Source: Eledone cirrhosa (Eukaryota). From it: a stretch of DNA of 64,000 bases. The stretch lies in the NCBI GenBank assembly GCA_964016885.1, contig OZ024743.1, forward strand, positions 138,074,001 through 138,138,000, given 5' to 3'. The translations under genes were made by a program, and so were the position numbers. The notes below the pieces were generated by a model. The model was given only the letters and a program-made list of their open reading frames with translations. It searched no databases and had not been told where the DNA came from. Shown piece by piece: positions 48,781-61,200 of the stretch. Position 1 is the first letter of the stretch, and the number at the start of each line of letters is the position of its first letter.

Positions 48781-51700
48781 GTGCTTGGTGTTTGGTGTTT
48801 GGTGCTTGGTGCTTGGTGCTTGTTGTTTGGTGCTTGGTGCTTGGTGCTTGGTCTTTGGTGCATGGTGTTTGGTGTTTGGTGCTTGGTGCTTGGTGCTTGG
48901 TGCTTGGTGTTTGGTGCTTGGTGTTTGGTGCTTGGTGTTTGGTGCTTGGTGCTTGGTGATTAGTGTTTGGTGCTTGGTGCTTGCGGTTTGGTGTTCGGTG
49001 CTTGGGGTTTGGTGCTTGGTGCTTGGTGTTTGCTGCTTGGTGCTTGGTGTTTGGTGCTTGGTGCTTGGTGTTTGGTGTTTGGTGCTTGGTGTTTGGTGTT
49101 TGGTGCTTGGTGCTTGGTGCTTGGGGTTTGGTGTTTGGTGCTTGGTGCTTGGTGTTTGGTGTTTGGTGCTGGGTGCATGGAGTTTGGTGCTTGGTGCTTA
49201 GTGCTTGGTGTTTGGTGTTTGCTGCTTGGTGTCTGGTGTTTGGTGCTTGGTGTTTGGTGTTTGGTGCTTGGTGCTTGGTGCTTGGTGTTTGGTGTTTGGT
49301 GCTTGGTGCTTGGTGTTTGGTGTTTGGTGCTGGGTGCATGGAGTTTGGTGCTTGGTGCTTAGTGCTTGGTGTTTGGTGTTTGGTGCTGGGTATTTGGTGT
49401 TTGGTGTTTGATGCTTGGTGTGTGGTTCTTGGTGCTTGGTGCTTTGTGTTTGGTGCTTGGTGCTTGGTGCCTGGTGCTTGGTGCTTGGTGCTTGTTGTTT
49501 GGTGCTTGGTGCTTGGTGATTAGTGTTTGGTGCTTGGTGCTTGCGGTTTGATGTTTGGTGCTTGGGGTTTGGTGTTTGTTGCTTGGTGCTTGATGTTTGG
49601 TGCTTGGTGCTTGGTGCTTGGTGTTTGGTGCTTGGTGCTTGGTGTTTGGTGCTTGGTGCTTGGTGTTTGGTGCTTGGTGTTTGGTGCTTGGTGCTTGGTG
49701 CTTGGTGCTTGGTGTTAGGTGTTTGGTGCTTGGTGCTTGGTGTTTGATGTTTGGTCCTTGGTGCTTGGTGTTTAGTTTTTGGTGCTTGGTGCTTGGTGTT
49801 TGGTGTTTGCTGCTTGCTGCTTGCTGCTTGGTGTTTGGTGCTTGGTGCTTGGTGCTTGGTTTTTGGTGCTTGGTTCTTGGTGTTTGGTGTTTGGTGCTTG
49901 GTGTTTGGGGCTTGGTGTTCAGTGCTTGGTGCTTGGTGCTTGGGGCTTGGTGTTTGGTGTTTGGTGCTTGGTGCTTGGTGTTTGATGTTGGGTCCTTGGT
50001 GCTTGGTGTTTGGTGTTTGGTGCTTGGTGTTTGGTGTTTGGTGCTTGGTGCTTGGTGTTTGGTGTTTGGTGCTTGGTGCTTGGGGCTTGGTGTTTGGTGC
50101 TTGGTGCTTGGTGTTTGGTGCTTGGTGCTTGGGGCTTGGTATTTGGTGCTTGGTGCTTGGTGCCTGGTGTTTGGTGTTTGGTGTTTGGGGCTTGGTGTTT
50201 GGTACTTGGTGCTTGGTGATGGGTGGTTGGTGTTTGGTGCTTGGTGCTTGGTGTTTGGTGCTTGGTGCTTGGTGCTTGTTGTTTGGTGCTTGGTGCTTGG
50301 TGCTTGGTCTTTGGTGCATGGTGTTTGGTGTTTGGTGCTTGGTGCTTGGTGCTTGGTGCTTGTTGTTTGGTGCTTGGTGCTTGGTGATTAGTGTCTGGTG
50401 ATTGGTGCTTGCGGTTTGGTGTTCGGTGCTTGGGGTTTGGTGCTTGGTGCTTGGTGTTTGGTGCTTGGTGCTTGGTGTTTGGTGCTTGGTGCTTGGTGTT
50501 TGGTGTTTGGCGTTTGCTGTTTGCTGTTTGGTGTTTGGTGCTTGCTGTTTGGTGCTTGGTGCTTGGTGTTTGGTGTTTGGTGTTTGGTGCTTGGTGCTTG
50601 GTGTTTGGTGCTTGGTGCTTGGTGCTGGGTGTTTGGTGCTTGGTGCTTGGTGTTTGGTGCTTGGTGCTTGGTGATTAGTGTTTGGTGATTGGTGCTTGGG
50701 GTTTGCTGTTTGGTGCTTGGTGTTTGGTGCTTGGTGCTTGCTGTTTGGTGTTTGGTGTTTGGTGCTTGGTGCTTGGTGCTTGGTGTTTGGTGCTTGGTGC
50801 TTGGTGCTTGGTGTTTGGTGCTTGGTGCTTGGTGGCTGGTGCTTGGTGCTTGGTGTTTGTAGTTTGGTGCTTGGTGCTTGGTGCCTGGTGTTTCGTGCTT
50901 GGTGCTTGGTGCTTGGTGCTTGGTGCTTGGTGCTTGGTGTTTGGTGCTTGGTGTTTGATGCTGCGTGCTTGTTGTTTGGTGCTTGGTGCTTCGTGCTTGG
51001 TGTTTGGTGTTTGGTGCTTGGTGCTTGGTGTTTGGTGCTTGGTGTTTGGTGTTTGGTGTTTGATGCTTGGTGTTTGCTGCTTGGTGCTTGGTGCTTGGTG
51101 TTTTGTGTTTGGTGCTTGGTGCTTGGTGCCTGGTGCTTGGTGCTTGGTGCTTGTTGTTTGGTGCTTGGTGCTTGGTGATTAGTGTTTGGTGCTTGGTGCT
51201 TGCGGTTTGATGTTTGGTGCTTGGGGTTTGGTGTTTGTTGCTTGGTGCTTGCGGTTTGATGTTTGGTGCTTGGGGTTTGGTGTTTGTTGCTTGGTGCTTG
51301 GTGTTTGGTGCTTGGTGCTTCGTGCTTGGTGTTTGGTGCTTGGTGCTTGGTGTTTGGTGCTTGGTGCTTGGTGTTTGGTGCTTGGTGTTTGGTGCTTGGT
51401 GCTTGGTGCTTGGTGCTTGGTGCTTGGTGTTAGGTGTTTGGTGCTTGGTGCTTGGTGTTTGATGTTTGGTCCTTGGTGCTTGGTGTTTGGTTTTTGGTGC
51501 TTGGTGCTTGGTGTTTGGTGTTTGGTGCTTGCTGCTTGCTGCTTGGTGTTTGGTGCTTGGTGTTTGGGGCTTGGTGTTCGGTGCTTGGCGCTTGGTGCTT
51601 GGGGCTTGGTGTTTGGTGTTTGGTGCTTGGTGCTTGGTGTTTGATGTTGGGTCCTTGGTGCTTGGTGTTTGGTGTTTGGTGATTGGTGTTTGGTGTTTGG

Positions 51701-52854
51701 TGCTTGGTGCTTGGTGTTTGGTGTTTGGTGCTTGGTGCTTGGGGCTTGGTGTTTGGTGCTTGGTGCTTGGTGTTTGGTGCTTGGTGCTTGGGGCTTGGTA
51801 TTTGGTGCTTGGTGCTTGGTGCCTGGTGTTTGGTGTTTGGTGTTTGGGGCTTGGTGTTTGGTGCTTGGTGCTTGGTGCTGGGTGGTTGGTGTTTGGTGCT
51901 TGGTGCTTGGTGTTTGGTGCTTGGTGCTTGGTGCTTGTTGTTTGGTGCTTGGTGCTTGGTGCTTGGACTTTGGTGCATGGTGTTTGGTGTTTGGTGCTTG
52001 GTGCTTGGTGCTTGGTGCTTGGTGTTTGGTGCTTGGTGTTTGGTGCTTCGTGTTTGGTGCTTCGTGCTTGGTGATTAGTGTTTGGTGCTTGGTGCTTGCG
52101 GTTTGGTGTTCGGTGCTTGGGGTTTGGTGCTTGGTGCTTGGTGTTTGGTGCTTGGTGCTTGGTGTTTGGTGTTTGGTGCTTGGTGTTTGGTGTTTGGTGC
52201 TTGGTGCTTGGTGCTTGCGGTTTGGTGTTTGGTGCTTGGTGCTTGGTGTTTGGTGTTTGGTGCTGGGTGCATGGAGTTTGGTGCTTGGTGCTTAGTGCTT
52301 GGTGTTTGGTGTTTGCTGCTTGGTGTCTGGTGTTTGGTGCTTGGTGTTTGGTGTTTGGTGCTTGGTGCTTGGTGCTTGGTGTTTGGTGTTTGGTGCTTGG
52401 TCGTTTGCTGTTTGGTGTTTGCTGTTTGGTGTTTGGTGTTTGGTGCTTGCTGTTTGGTGCTTGGTGCTTGGTGTTTTGTGTTTGGTGCTTGGGGCTTGAT
52501 GTTTGGTGTTTGGTGCTTGGTGTTTGGTGCTTGGTGCTTGGTGCTGGGTGTTTGGTGCTTGGTGTTTGGTGTTTGGTGCTTGGTGCTTGGTGATTGGTGT
52601 TTTGTGTTTGTTGTTTGCTGTTTGGTGTTTGGTGTTTGCTCTTTGCTGTTTGGTGTCTGCTTTTTCGTGTTTGGTGTTTGCTGTATGGTGTTTGCTGTTT
52701 CATGTTTGGTGTTTGGTGCTTGGTGCTTGGTGCTTGGTGTTTGGTGTTTGGTGCTTGGTGTTTGGTGCTTAGTGCTTGGTGTTTGGTGTTTGGTGCTTGG
52801 TGCCTGGTGCTTGTTGTTTGGTGCTTGGTGCTTGGTGCTTGGTGTTTTGTGTTT

Positions 52855-55800
52855 GTTGTTTGCTGTTTGATGTTTGGTGTTTACTCTTTGCTCTTTGGTG
52901 TCTGCTTTTTCGTGTTTGCTGTTTGCTGTTTGGTGTTTCCTATTTGCTGTTTGGTGTTTGGTGTTTGCTCTTTGCTGTTTGGTGTCTGCTTTTTCGTGTT
53001 TGGTGTTTGCTGTATGGTGTTTGCTGTTTCATGTTTGGTGTTTGGTGCTTGGTGCTTGGTGCTTGATGTTTGGTGTTTGGTGCTTGGTGTCTGGTGTTTG
53101 GTGCTTGGTGTTTGGTGTTTGGTGCTTGGTGCTTGGTGTTTGGTGTTTGGTGCTTGGTGCTTGGTGTTTGGTGTTTTGTGCTTGGTGTTTGGTGCTTGGT
53201 GCTTGGTGTTTGGTGTTTGGTGCTTGGTGCTTGGTGTTTGGTGCTTGGTGCTTGGTGTTTGTACTTGGTGCTTGGTGCTTGGTGTTTGGTGCTTGGTGCT
53301 TGGTGTTTGGTGCTTGGTTCTTGGTGTTTGGTGCTTGGTGCTTGGTGTTTGGTGCTTGGTGCTTGGTGTTTGGTGTTTGGTGCTTGGTGTTTGGTGCTTG
53401 GTGCTTGGTGCTTGGTGGTTGGTGTTAGGTGTTTGGTGCTTGGTGCTTGGTGTTTTGTGCTTGGTTCTTGGTGTTTGGTGCTTGGTGTTTGGTGCTTGGT
53501 GTTTGGTGTTTGGTGTTTGGTGCTGGGTGCTTGGTGTTTGGTGCTTGGTGCTTGGTGCTTGTTGTTTGGTGATTGGTGCTTGGTGCTTGGTGTTTGGTGT
53601 TTGGTGCTTGGGGCTTGGTGTTTGGTGCTGCATGCTTGGTGCTTGGTGCTTGGTGCTTGGTGTTTTGTGTATGGTGTTTGATGCTTGGTGTTTGGTGTTT
53701 GGTGTTTGGTGCTTGGGGCTTGGTGTTTGGTGCTGCATGCTTGGTGCTTGGTGCTTGGTGCTTGGTGTTTTGTGTATGGTGTTTGATTCTTGGTGTTTGG
53801 TGTTTGGTGCTTGGTGCTTGGTGTTTGGTGTTTGATGCTTGGTGTTTGGTGTTTGGTGCTTGCTGCTTGGTGTTTGGTGCTTGGTGCTTGGTGTTTGTAC
53901 TTGGTGCTTGGTGCTTGGTGTTTGGTGCTTGGTGTTTGTTGCTTGGTGCTTGGTGTTTGGTGCTTGGTGCTTGGTGTTTGGTGCTTGGGGCTTGGTGTTT
54001 GGTGCTTGGTGTTTGGTGCTTGGTGCTTGTTGTTAGGTGTTTGGTGCTTCATGCTTGGTGCTTGGTGTTTTGTGCTTTGTTCTTGGTGTTTGGTGCTTGG
54101 TGCCTGGTGCATGGTGTTTGTTGCTTGGTGCTTGGTGTTTGGTGTTTGGTGCTTGGTGTTTGGTGCTTGGTGCTTGATGCTTGGTGTTAGGTGTTAGGTG
54201 TTTGGTGCTTGGTGCTTGGTGCTTGGTGCTTGGTGCTTGGTGTTTGGTGCTTGCTGCTTGCTTCTTGCTGCTTGGTGTTTGGTGCTTGGTGATTGGTGCT
54301 TGGTGTTTGGTGCTTGGTGCTTGGTGCTTGGTGTTTGGTGGTTGGTGCTTGGTGCTTGGTGTTTGGTGCTAAGTGCTTGGTGCTTGGTGTTTAGGGCTTG
54401 GTGTTTGGTGCTTGGTGCTTCGTGCTTGGTGTTTGGTGCTTGGTGCTTGGTGTTTGGTATTTGGTGCTTGGTGTTTGGTGCTTGGTGCTTGGTGCTGGGT
54501 GGTAGGCGTTCGGTGCTTGGTGCTTGGTGTTTGGTGCTTGGTGCTTGGTGCTTGGTGTTTGGTGCTTGGTGCTTGGTGCTTGGTCTTTGGTGCTTGGTGT
54601 TTGGTGTTTGGTGCTTGTTGCTTGGTGTTTGGTGCTTGGTGCTTGGTGATTAGTGTTTGGTGCTTGGTGCTTGGGGTTTGGTGTTGGTTCTTGGTGCTTG
54701 GTGTTTGGTGCTTGGTGCTTGGTGTTTGGTGCTTGGTGTTTGGTGTTTGCTGTTTGGTGTTTGGTGTTTGGTATTTGGTGTTTGCTTCTTGCTGTTTGGT
54801 GTCTGCTTTTTGGTGTTTGGTCTTTGCTCTATGGTGTTTGCTGTTTGGTGTTTGGTGTTTGGTGTTTGGTGTTTCCTATTTGGTCTTTAGTCTTTCGTGC
54901 TTGGTGTTTGGTGCTTGGTGCTTGGTATTTGGTGTTTGGTGCTTGGTGCTTGGTGTTTGGTGCTTGGTGCTTGGTGCTTGTTGTTTGGTGTTTGGTGTTT
55001 GGTGTTTGGTGCTTGGTGCTTGGTGTTTGGTGCTTGGTGCTTGGTGTTTCGTGCTGCGTGCTTGGTGTTTGGTGCTTGGTGCTTGGTGCTTGGTGTTTGG
55101 TGTTTGGTGTTTGATGCTTGGTGCTTGGTGCTTGGTGTTTGGTGTTTGGTGCTTGGTGCTTGGTGCTTGGTGCTTGGTGTTTGGTGCTTAGTGCTTGGTG
55201 TTTGGTGCATGGTGCTTGGTGTTTGGTGTTTGCTGTTTGCTGTTTGCTGTTTGCTGTTTGCTGTTTGGTGTTTGCTGTTTGGTGTTTGGTGTTTGGTGCT
55301 TGCTGTTTGGTGCTTGGTGCTTGGTGCTTGGGGCTTGGTGTTTGGTGCTTGGTGCTTGGTTCTTGGTGCTTGGTGTTTGGTGCTTGGTGCTTGGTGCTGG
55401 GTGTTTGGTGCTTGGTGCTTGGTGTTTGGTGCATGGTGCTTGGTGCTTGGTGTTTGTCGCTTGGTGCTTGGTGCTTGGTGTTTGGTGCTTGGTGTTTGGT
55501 GTTTGGTGCTTGGTGCTGGGTGTTTGGTGTTTGCTGTTTGCTGTTTGATGTTTGGTGTTTACTCTTTGCTCTTTGGTGTCTGCTTTTTCGTGTTTGCTGT
55601 TTGCTGTTTGGTGTTTCCTATTTGCTGTTTGGTGTTTGGTGTTTGCTCTTTGCTGTTTGGTGTCTGCTTTTTCGTGTTTGGTGTTTGCTGTATGGTGTTT
55701 GCTGTTTCATGTTTGGTGTTTGGTGCTTGGTGCTTGGTGCTTGATGTTTGGTGTTTGGTGCTTGGTGTCTGGTGTTTGGTGCTTGGTGTTTGGTGTTTGG

Positions 55801-58210
55801 TGCTTGGTGCTTGGTGTTTGGTGTTTGGTGCTTGGTGCTTGGTGTTTGGTGTTTTGTGCTTGGTGTTTGGTGCTTGGTGCTTGGTGTTTGGTGTTTGGTG
55901 CTTGGTGCTTGGTGTTTGGTGCTTGGTGCTTGGTGTTTGTACTTGGTGCTTGGTGCTTGGTGTTTGGTGCTTGGTGCTTGGTGTTTGGTGCTTGGTTCTT
56001 GGTGTTTGGTGCTTGGTGCTTGGTGTTTGGTGCTTGGTGCTTGGTGTTTGGTGTTTGGTGCTTGGTGTTTGGTGCTTGGTGCTTGGTGCTTGGTGGTTGG
56101 TGTTAGGTGTTTGGTGCTTGGTGCTTGGTGTTTTGTGCTTGGTTCTTGGTGTTTGGTGCTTGGTGTTTGGTGCTTGGTGTTTGGTGTTTGGTGTTTGGTG
56201 CTGGGTGCTTGGTGTTTGGTGCTTGGTGCTTGGTGCTTGTTGTTTGGTGATTGGTGCTTGGTGCTTGGTGTTTGGTGTTTGGTGCTTGGGGCTTGGTGTT
56301 TGGTGCTGCATGCTTGGTGCTTGGTGCTTGGTGCTTGGTGTTTTGTGTATGGTGTTTGATGCTTGGTGTTTGGTGTTTGGTGTTTGGTGCTTGGGGCTTG
56401 GTGTTTGGTGCTGCATGCTTGGTGCTTGGTGCTTGGTGCTTGGTGTTTTGTGTATGGTGTTTGATTCTTGGTGTTTGGTGTTTGGTGCTTGGTGCTTGGT
56501 GTTTGGTGTTTGATGCTTGGTGTTTGGTGTTTGGTGCTTGCTGCTTGGTGTTTGGTGCTTGGTGCTTGGTGTTTGTACTTGGTGCTTGGTGCTTGGTGTT
56601 TGGTGCTTGGTGTTTGTTGCTTGGTGCTTGGTGTTTGGTGCTTGGTGCTTGGTGTTTGGTGCTTGGGGCTTGGTGTTTGGTGCTTGGTGTTTGGTGCTTG
56701 GTGCTTGTTGTTAGGTGTTTGGTGCTTCATGCTTGGTGCTTGGTGTTTTGTGCTTTGTTCTTGGTGTTTGGTGCTTGGTGCCTGGTGCATGGTGTTTGTT
56801 GCTTGGTGCTTGGTGTTTGGTGTTTGGTGCTTGGTGTTTGGTGCTTGGTGCTTGATGCTTGGTGTTAGGTGTTAGGTGTTTGGTGCTTGGTGCTTGGTGC
56901 TTGGTGCTTGGTGCTTGGTGTTTGGTGCTTGCTGCTTGCTTCTTGCTGCTTGGTGTTTGGTGCTTGGTGATTGGTGCTTGGTGTTTGGTGCTTGGTGCTT
57001 GGTGCTTGGTGTTTGGTGGTTGGTGCTTGGTGCTTGGTGTTTGGTGCTAAGTGCTTGGTGCTTGGTGTTTAGGGCTTGGTGTTTGGTGCTTGGTGCTTCG
57101 TGCTTGGTGTTTGGTGCTTGGTGCTTGGTGTTTGGTATTTGGTGCTTGGTGTTTGGTGCTTGGTGCTTGGTGCTGGGTGGTAGGCGTTCGGTGCTTGGTG
57201 CTTGGTGTTTGGTGCTTGGTGCTTGGTGCTTGGTGTTTGGTGCTTGGTGCTTGGTGCTTGGTCTTTGGTGCTTGGTGTTTGGTGTTTGGTGCTTGTTGCT
57301 TGGTGTTTGGTGCTTGGTGCTTGGTGATTAGTGTTTGGTGCTTGGTGCTTGGGGTTTGGTGTTGGTTCTTGGTGCTTGGTGTTTGGTGCTTGGTGCTTGG
57401 TGTTTGGTGCTTGGTGTTTGGTGTTTGCTGTTTGGTGTTTGGTGTTTGGTATTTGGTGTTTGCTTCTTGCTGTTTGGTGTCTGCTTTTTGGTGTTTGGTC
57501 TTTGCTCTATGGTGTTTGCTGTTTGGTGTTTGGTGTTTGGTGTTTGGTGTTTCCTATTTGGTCTTTAGTCTTTCGTGCTTGGTGTTTGGTGCTTGGTGCT
57601 TGGTATTTGGTGTTTGGTGCTTGGTGCTTGGTGTTTGGTGCTTGGTGCTTGGTGCTTGTTGTTTGGTGTTTGGTGTTTGGTGTTTGGTGCTTGGTGCTTG
57701 GTGTTTGGTGCTTGGTGCTTGGTGTTTCGTGCTGCGTGCTTGGTGTTTGGTGCTTGGTGCTTGGTGCTTGGTGTTTGGTGTTTGGTGTTTGATGCTTGGT
57801 GCTTGGTGCTTGGTGTTTGGTGTTTGGTGCTTGGTGCTTGGTGCTTGGTGCTTGGTGTTTGGTGCTTAGTGCTTGGTGTTTGGTGCATGGTGCTTGGTGT
57901 TTGGTGTTTGCTGTTTGCTGTTTGCTGTTTGCTGTTTGCTGTTTGGTGTTTGCTGTTTGGTGTTTGGTGTTTGGTGCTTGCTGTTTGGTGCTTGGTGCTT
58001 GGTGCTTGGGGCTTGGTGTTTGGTGCTTGGTGCTTGGTTCTTGGTGCTTGGTGTTTGGTGCTTGGTGCTTGGTGCTGGGTGTTTGGTGCTTGGTGCTTGG
58101 TGTTTGGTGCATGGTGCTTGGTGCTTGGTGTTTGTCGCTTGGTGCTTGGTGCTTGGTGTTTGGTGCTTGGTGTTTGGTGTTTGGTGCTTGGTGCTGGGTG
58201 TTTGGTATTT
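52855..58210 (+). repeat. Tandem HOR duplication, period 2,678 bp, 2 apparently near-identical copies
   Basis: ORF pairs at offset 2,678: 52874/55552, 53070/55748, 53573/56251, 54373/57051, 54653/57331, 55195/57873. 2,678 = 383x7-3, explained by three 6-bp units (TTGTAC at 53259 and 53895, TTGGTG at 54678). Confidence 0.95.
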
Positions 58211-61200
58211 GCTGTTTGCTGTTTGGTGTTTGGTGTTTGCTGTTTGCTGTTTGGTGTCTGATTTTTCGTGTTTGGTGTTTGCTGTATGGTGTTTGCTGTT
58301 TCATGTTTGGAGTTTGCTGTTTGCTGTTTGGTGTTTCCTGTTTGCTGTTTGGTGTTTGGTGCTTGGTTCTTGGTGCTTGGTGCTTGGTGTTTGGTGCTTA
58401 GTGCTTGGTGTTTGGTGCTTGGTGCCTGGTGATTGTTGTTTGGTGTTTGGTGCTTGGTGCTTGATGTTTGGTGTTTGGTGCTTGGTGTCTGGTGTTTGGT
58501 GCTTGGTGTTTGGTGTTTGGTGCTTGGTGCTTTGTGCTTGGTGTTTGGTGTTTGGTGCTTGGTGTTTGGTGTTTGGTGCTTTGTGCTTGGTGTTTGGTGC
58601 TTGGGGCTTGGTGCTTGGTGTTTGGTGTTTGGTGCTTGGTGCTTGGTGTTTGGTGTTTGGTGCTTGGTGTTTGATGCTTGGTGCTTGGTACTTGGTGTTT
58701 GGTGCTTGGTGCTTGGTGTTTGTACTTGGTGCTTGGTGCTTGGTGTTTGGTGCTTGGTTCTTGGTGTTTGGTGCTTGGTGTTTGGTGCTTGGTGCTTGGT
58801 GTTTGGTGCTTGGTGCTTGGTGCTTGGTGTTTGGTGTTTGGTGCTTGGTGCTTGGTGTTTGGTGTTTGGTGCTTGGTGTTTGATGCTTGGTGCTTGGTGC
58901 TTGGTGTTTGGTGCTTGGTGCTTGGTGTTTTGTGCTTCGTGCTTGGTGCTTGGTGTTTGGTGCATGGTGCTTGGTGTTTGGTGCTTGGTGCCTGGTGCTT
59001 GGTGTTTGGTGCTTGGTGCTTGGTGTTTGGTGTTTGGTGCTTGGTGCTTGGTGCTTGGTGTTAGGTGTTTGGTGTTTGGTGTTTGGTGCTTGGTGATTGA
59101 TGCTTGGTGTTTGGTGCTTGGTGCTTGGTGTTTGGTGTTTGGTGCTTGGTGTTTGGTGCTTGGTGCTTGGTGCTGGATGGTTGGTGTTTGGTGCTTGGTG
59201 CTTGGTGTTTGGTGCTTGGTGCTTGGTGCTTGGTGTTTGGTGCTTGGTGCTTGGTGTTTGGTCTTTGATGTTTGGTATTTAGTGCTTGGTGCTTGGTGCT
59301 TGGTGTTTGGTGCTTGGTGCTTGGTGCATTGTGATTAGTGTTTGGTGCTTGGTGTTTGGTGTTTGGTGTTTGGTGCTTGGTGTTTGGTGCTTGGTGCTTG
59401 GTGTTTGGTGTTTGGTGCTTGCTGCTTGGTGTTTGGTGTTTGGTGCTTGGTGCCTGGTGCTTGTTGTTTGGTGATTGGTGCTTGGTGTTTGCTGTTTGGT
59501 GCTGCGTGCTTGGTGCTTGGTGCTTGGTGCTTGGTGCTTGGTGTTTTGTGTTTGGTGTTTGATTCTTGGTGTTTGTTGTTTGGTGCTTGGTGCTTGGTGT
59601 TTGGTGTTTGATGCTTGGTGCTTGATGCTTGGTGCTTGGTGCTTGGTGTTTGGTGCTTGGTGCTTGATGTTTGTACTTGGTGCTTGGTGCTTGGTGTTTG
59701 GTGCTTGGTGTTTGGTGCTTGGTGCTTGGTGTTTGGTGCTTGGTGCTTGGTGTTTGGTGTTTGGTGCTTGGTGTTTGGTGCTTGGTGTTTGGTATTAGGT
59801 GTTTGGTGCCATGGTGCTTGGTGTTTGGTGCTTGGTGACTGGTGCATGGTGTTTGTTGCTTGGTGCTTGGTGTTTGGTGTTTGGTGCTTGGTGTTTGGTG
59901 CTTGGTGCTTGGTGCTTGGTGTTAGGTGTTAGGTGTTTGGTGCTTGGTGCTTGGTGTTTGGTGCTTGGTGTTTGGTGTTTGGTGCTTGCTGCTTGCTGCT
60001 TGGTGTTTGGTGCTTGGTGATTGGTGCTTGGTGTTTGGTGCTTGGTGCTTGGTGTTTGGTGCTTGGTGCTTGATGCTTGGAGTTTGGTGCTTGGTGTTTG
60101 GTGCTTGGTACTTGGGGCTTGGTGTTTGGTGCTTCGTGCTTCGTGCTTGGTGTTTGGTGCTTGGTGCTTGGTGTTTGGTGTTTGGTGCTTGGTGTTTGGT
60201 GCTTGGTGCTTGGTGCTGGGTGCTTGGCGTTTGGTGCTTGGTGCTTGGTGTTTGGTGCTTGGTGCTTGGTGCTTGGTGTTTGGTGCTTGGTACCTGGTGC
60301 TTGGTCTTTGGTGCTTGGTGTTTGGTGTTTGGTGCTTGGTGTTTGGTGCTTGGTGCTTGGTGATTAGTGTTTGGTGCTTGGTGCTTGGGGTTTGGTGTTT
60401 GGTGCTTGGTGCTTGGGGTTTGGTCCTTGGTGCTTGGTGTTTGGTGCTTGGTGTTTGGTGTTTGCTGTTTGGTGTTTGGTGTTTGGTGTTTGGTGTTTGC
60501 TGTTTGCTGTTTGGTGTCTGCTTTTTGGTGTTTGGTGTTTGCTGTTTGGTTTTAGTCTTTGGTGCTTGGTGTTTGGAGCTTGGTGCTTGGTATTTGGTGT
60601 TTGGTGCTTGGTGCTTGGTGTTTGGTGCTTGGTGCTTGGTGCTTGTTGTTTGGTGTTTGGTGTTTGGTGTTTGGTGCTTGGTGCTTGGTGTTTGGTGCTT
60701 GGTGCTTGGTGTTTCGTGCTGCGTGCTTGGTGTTTGGTCCTTGGTGCTTGGTGCTTGCTGTTTGGTGCTTGGTGCTTGGTGTTTGGTGCTTGGTGCTTGG
60801 TGCTTGGTGTTTGGTGCTTAGTGCTTGGTGTTTGGTGCTCGGTGCTTCGTGTTTGGTGTTTGCTGTTTGCTGTTTGGTGTTTGCTGTTTGGTGTTTGGTG
60901 TTTGGTGCTTGCTGTTTGGTGCTTGGTGTTTGGTGCTTGGTGCTTGGTGTTTTGTGTTTGGTGCTTGGTGCTTGGTGTTTGGTGTTTGGTGCTTGGTGTT
61001 TGGTGTCTGGTGCTTGGTGCTTGGTGCTTGGTGTTTGGTGTTTGGTGTTTGCTGTTTGCTGTTTGCTGTTTGCTGTTTGGTGTCTGCTTTTTGGTGCTTG
61101 GTGTTTGCTGTATGGTGTTTGCTGTTTCATGTTTGGAGTTTGCTGTTTGCTGTTTGGTGTTTGGTGCTTGTTGCTTGGTGCTTGGTGTTTGGTGTTTGGT

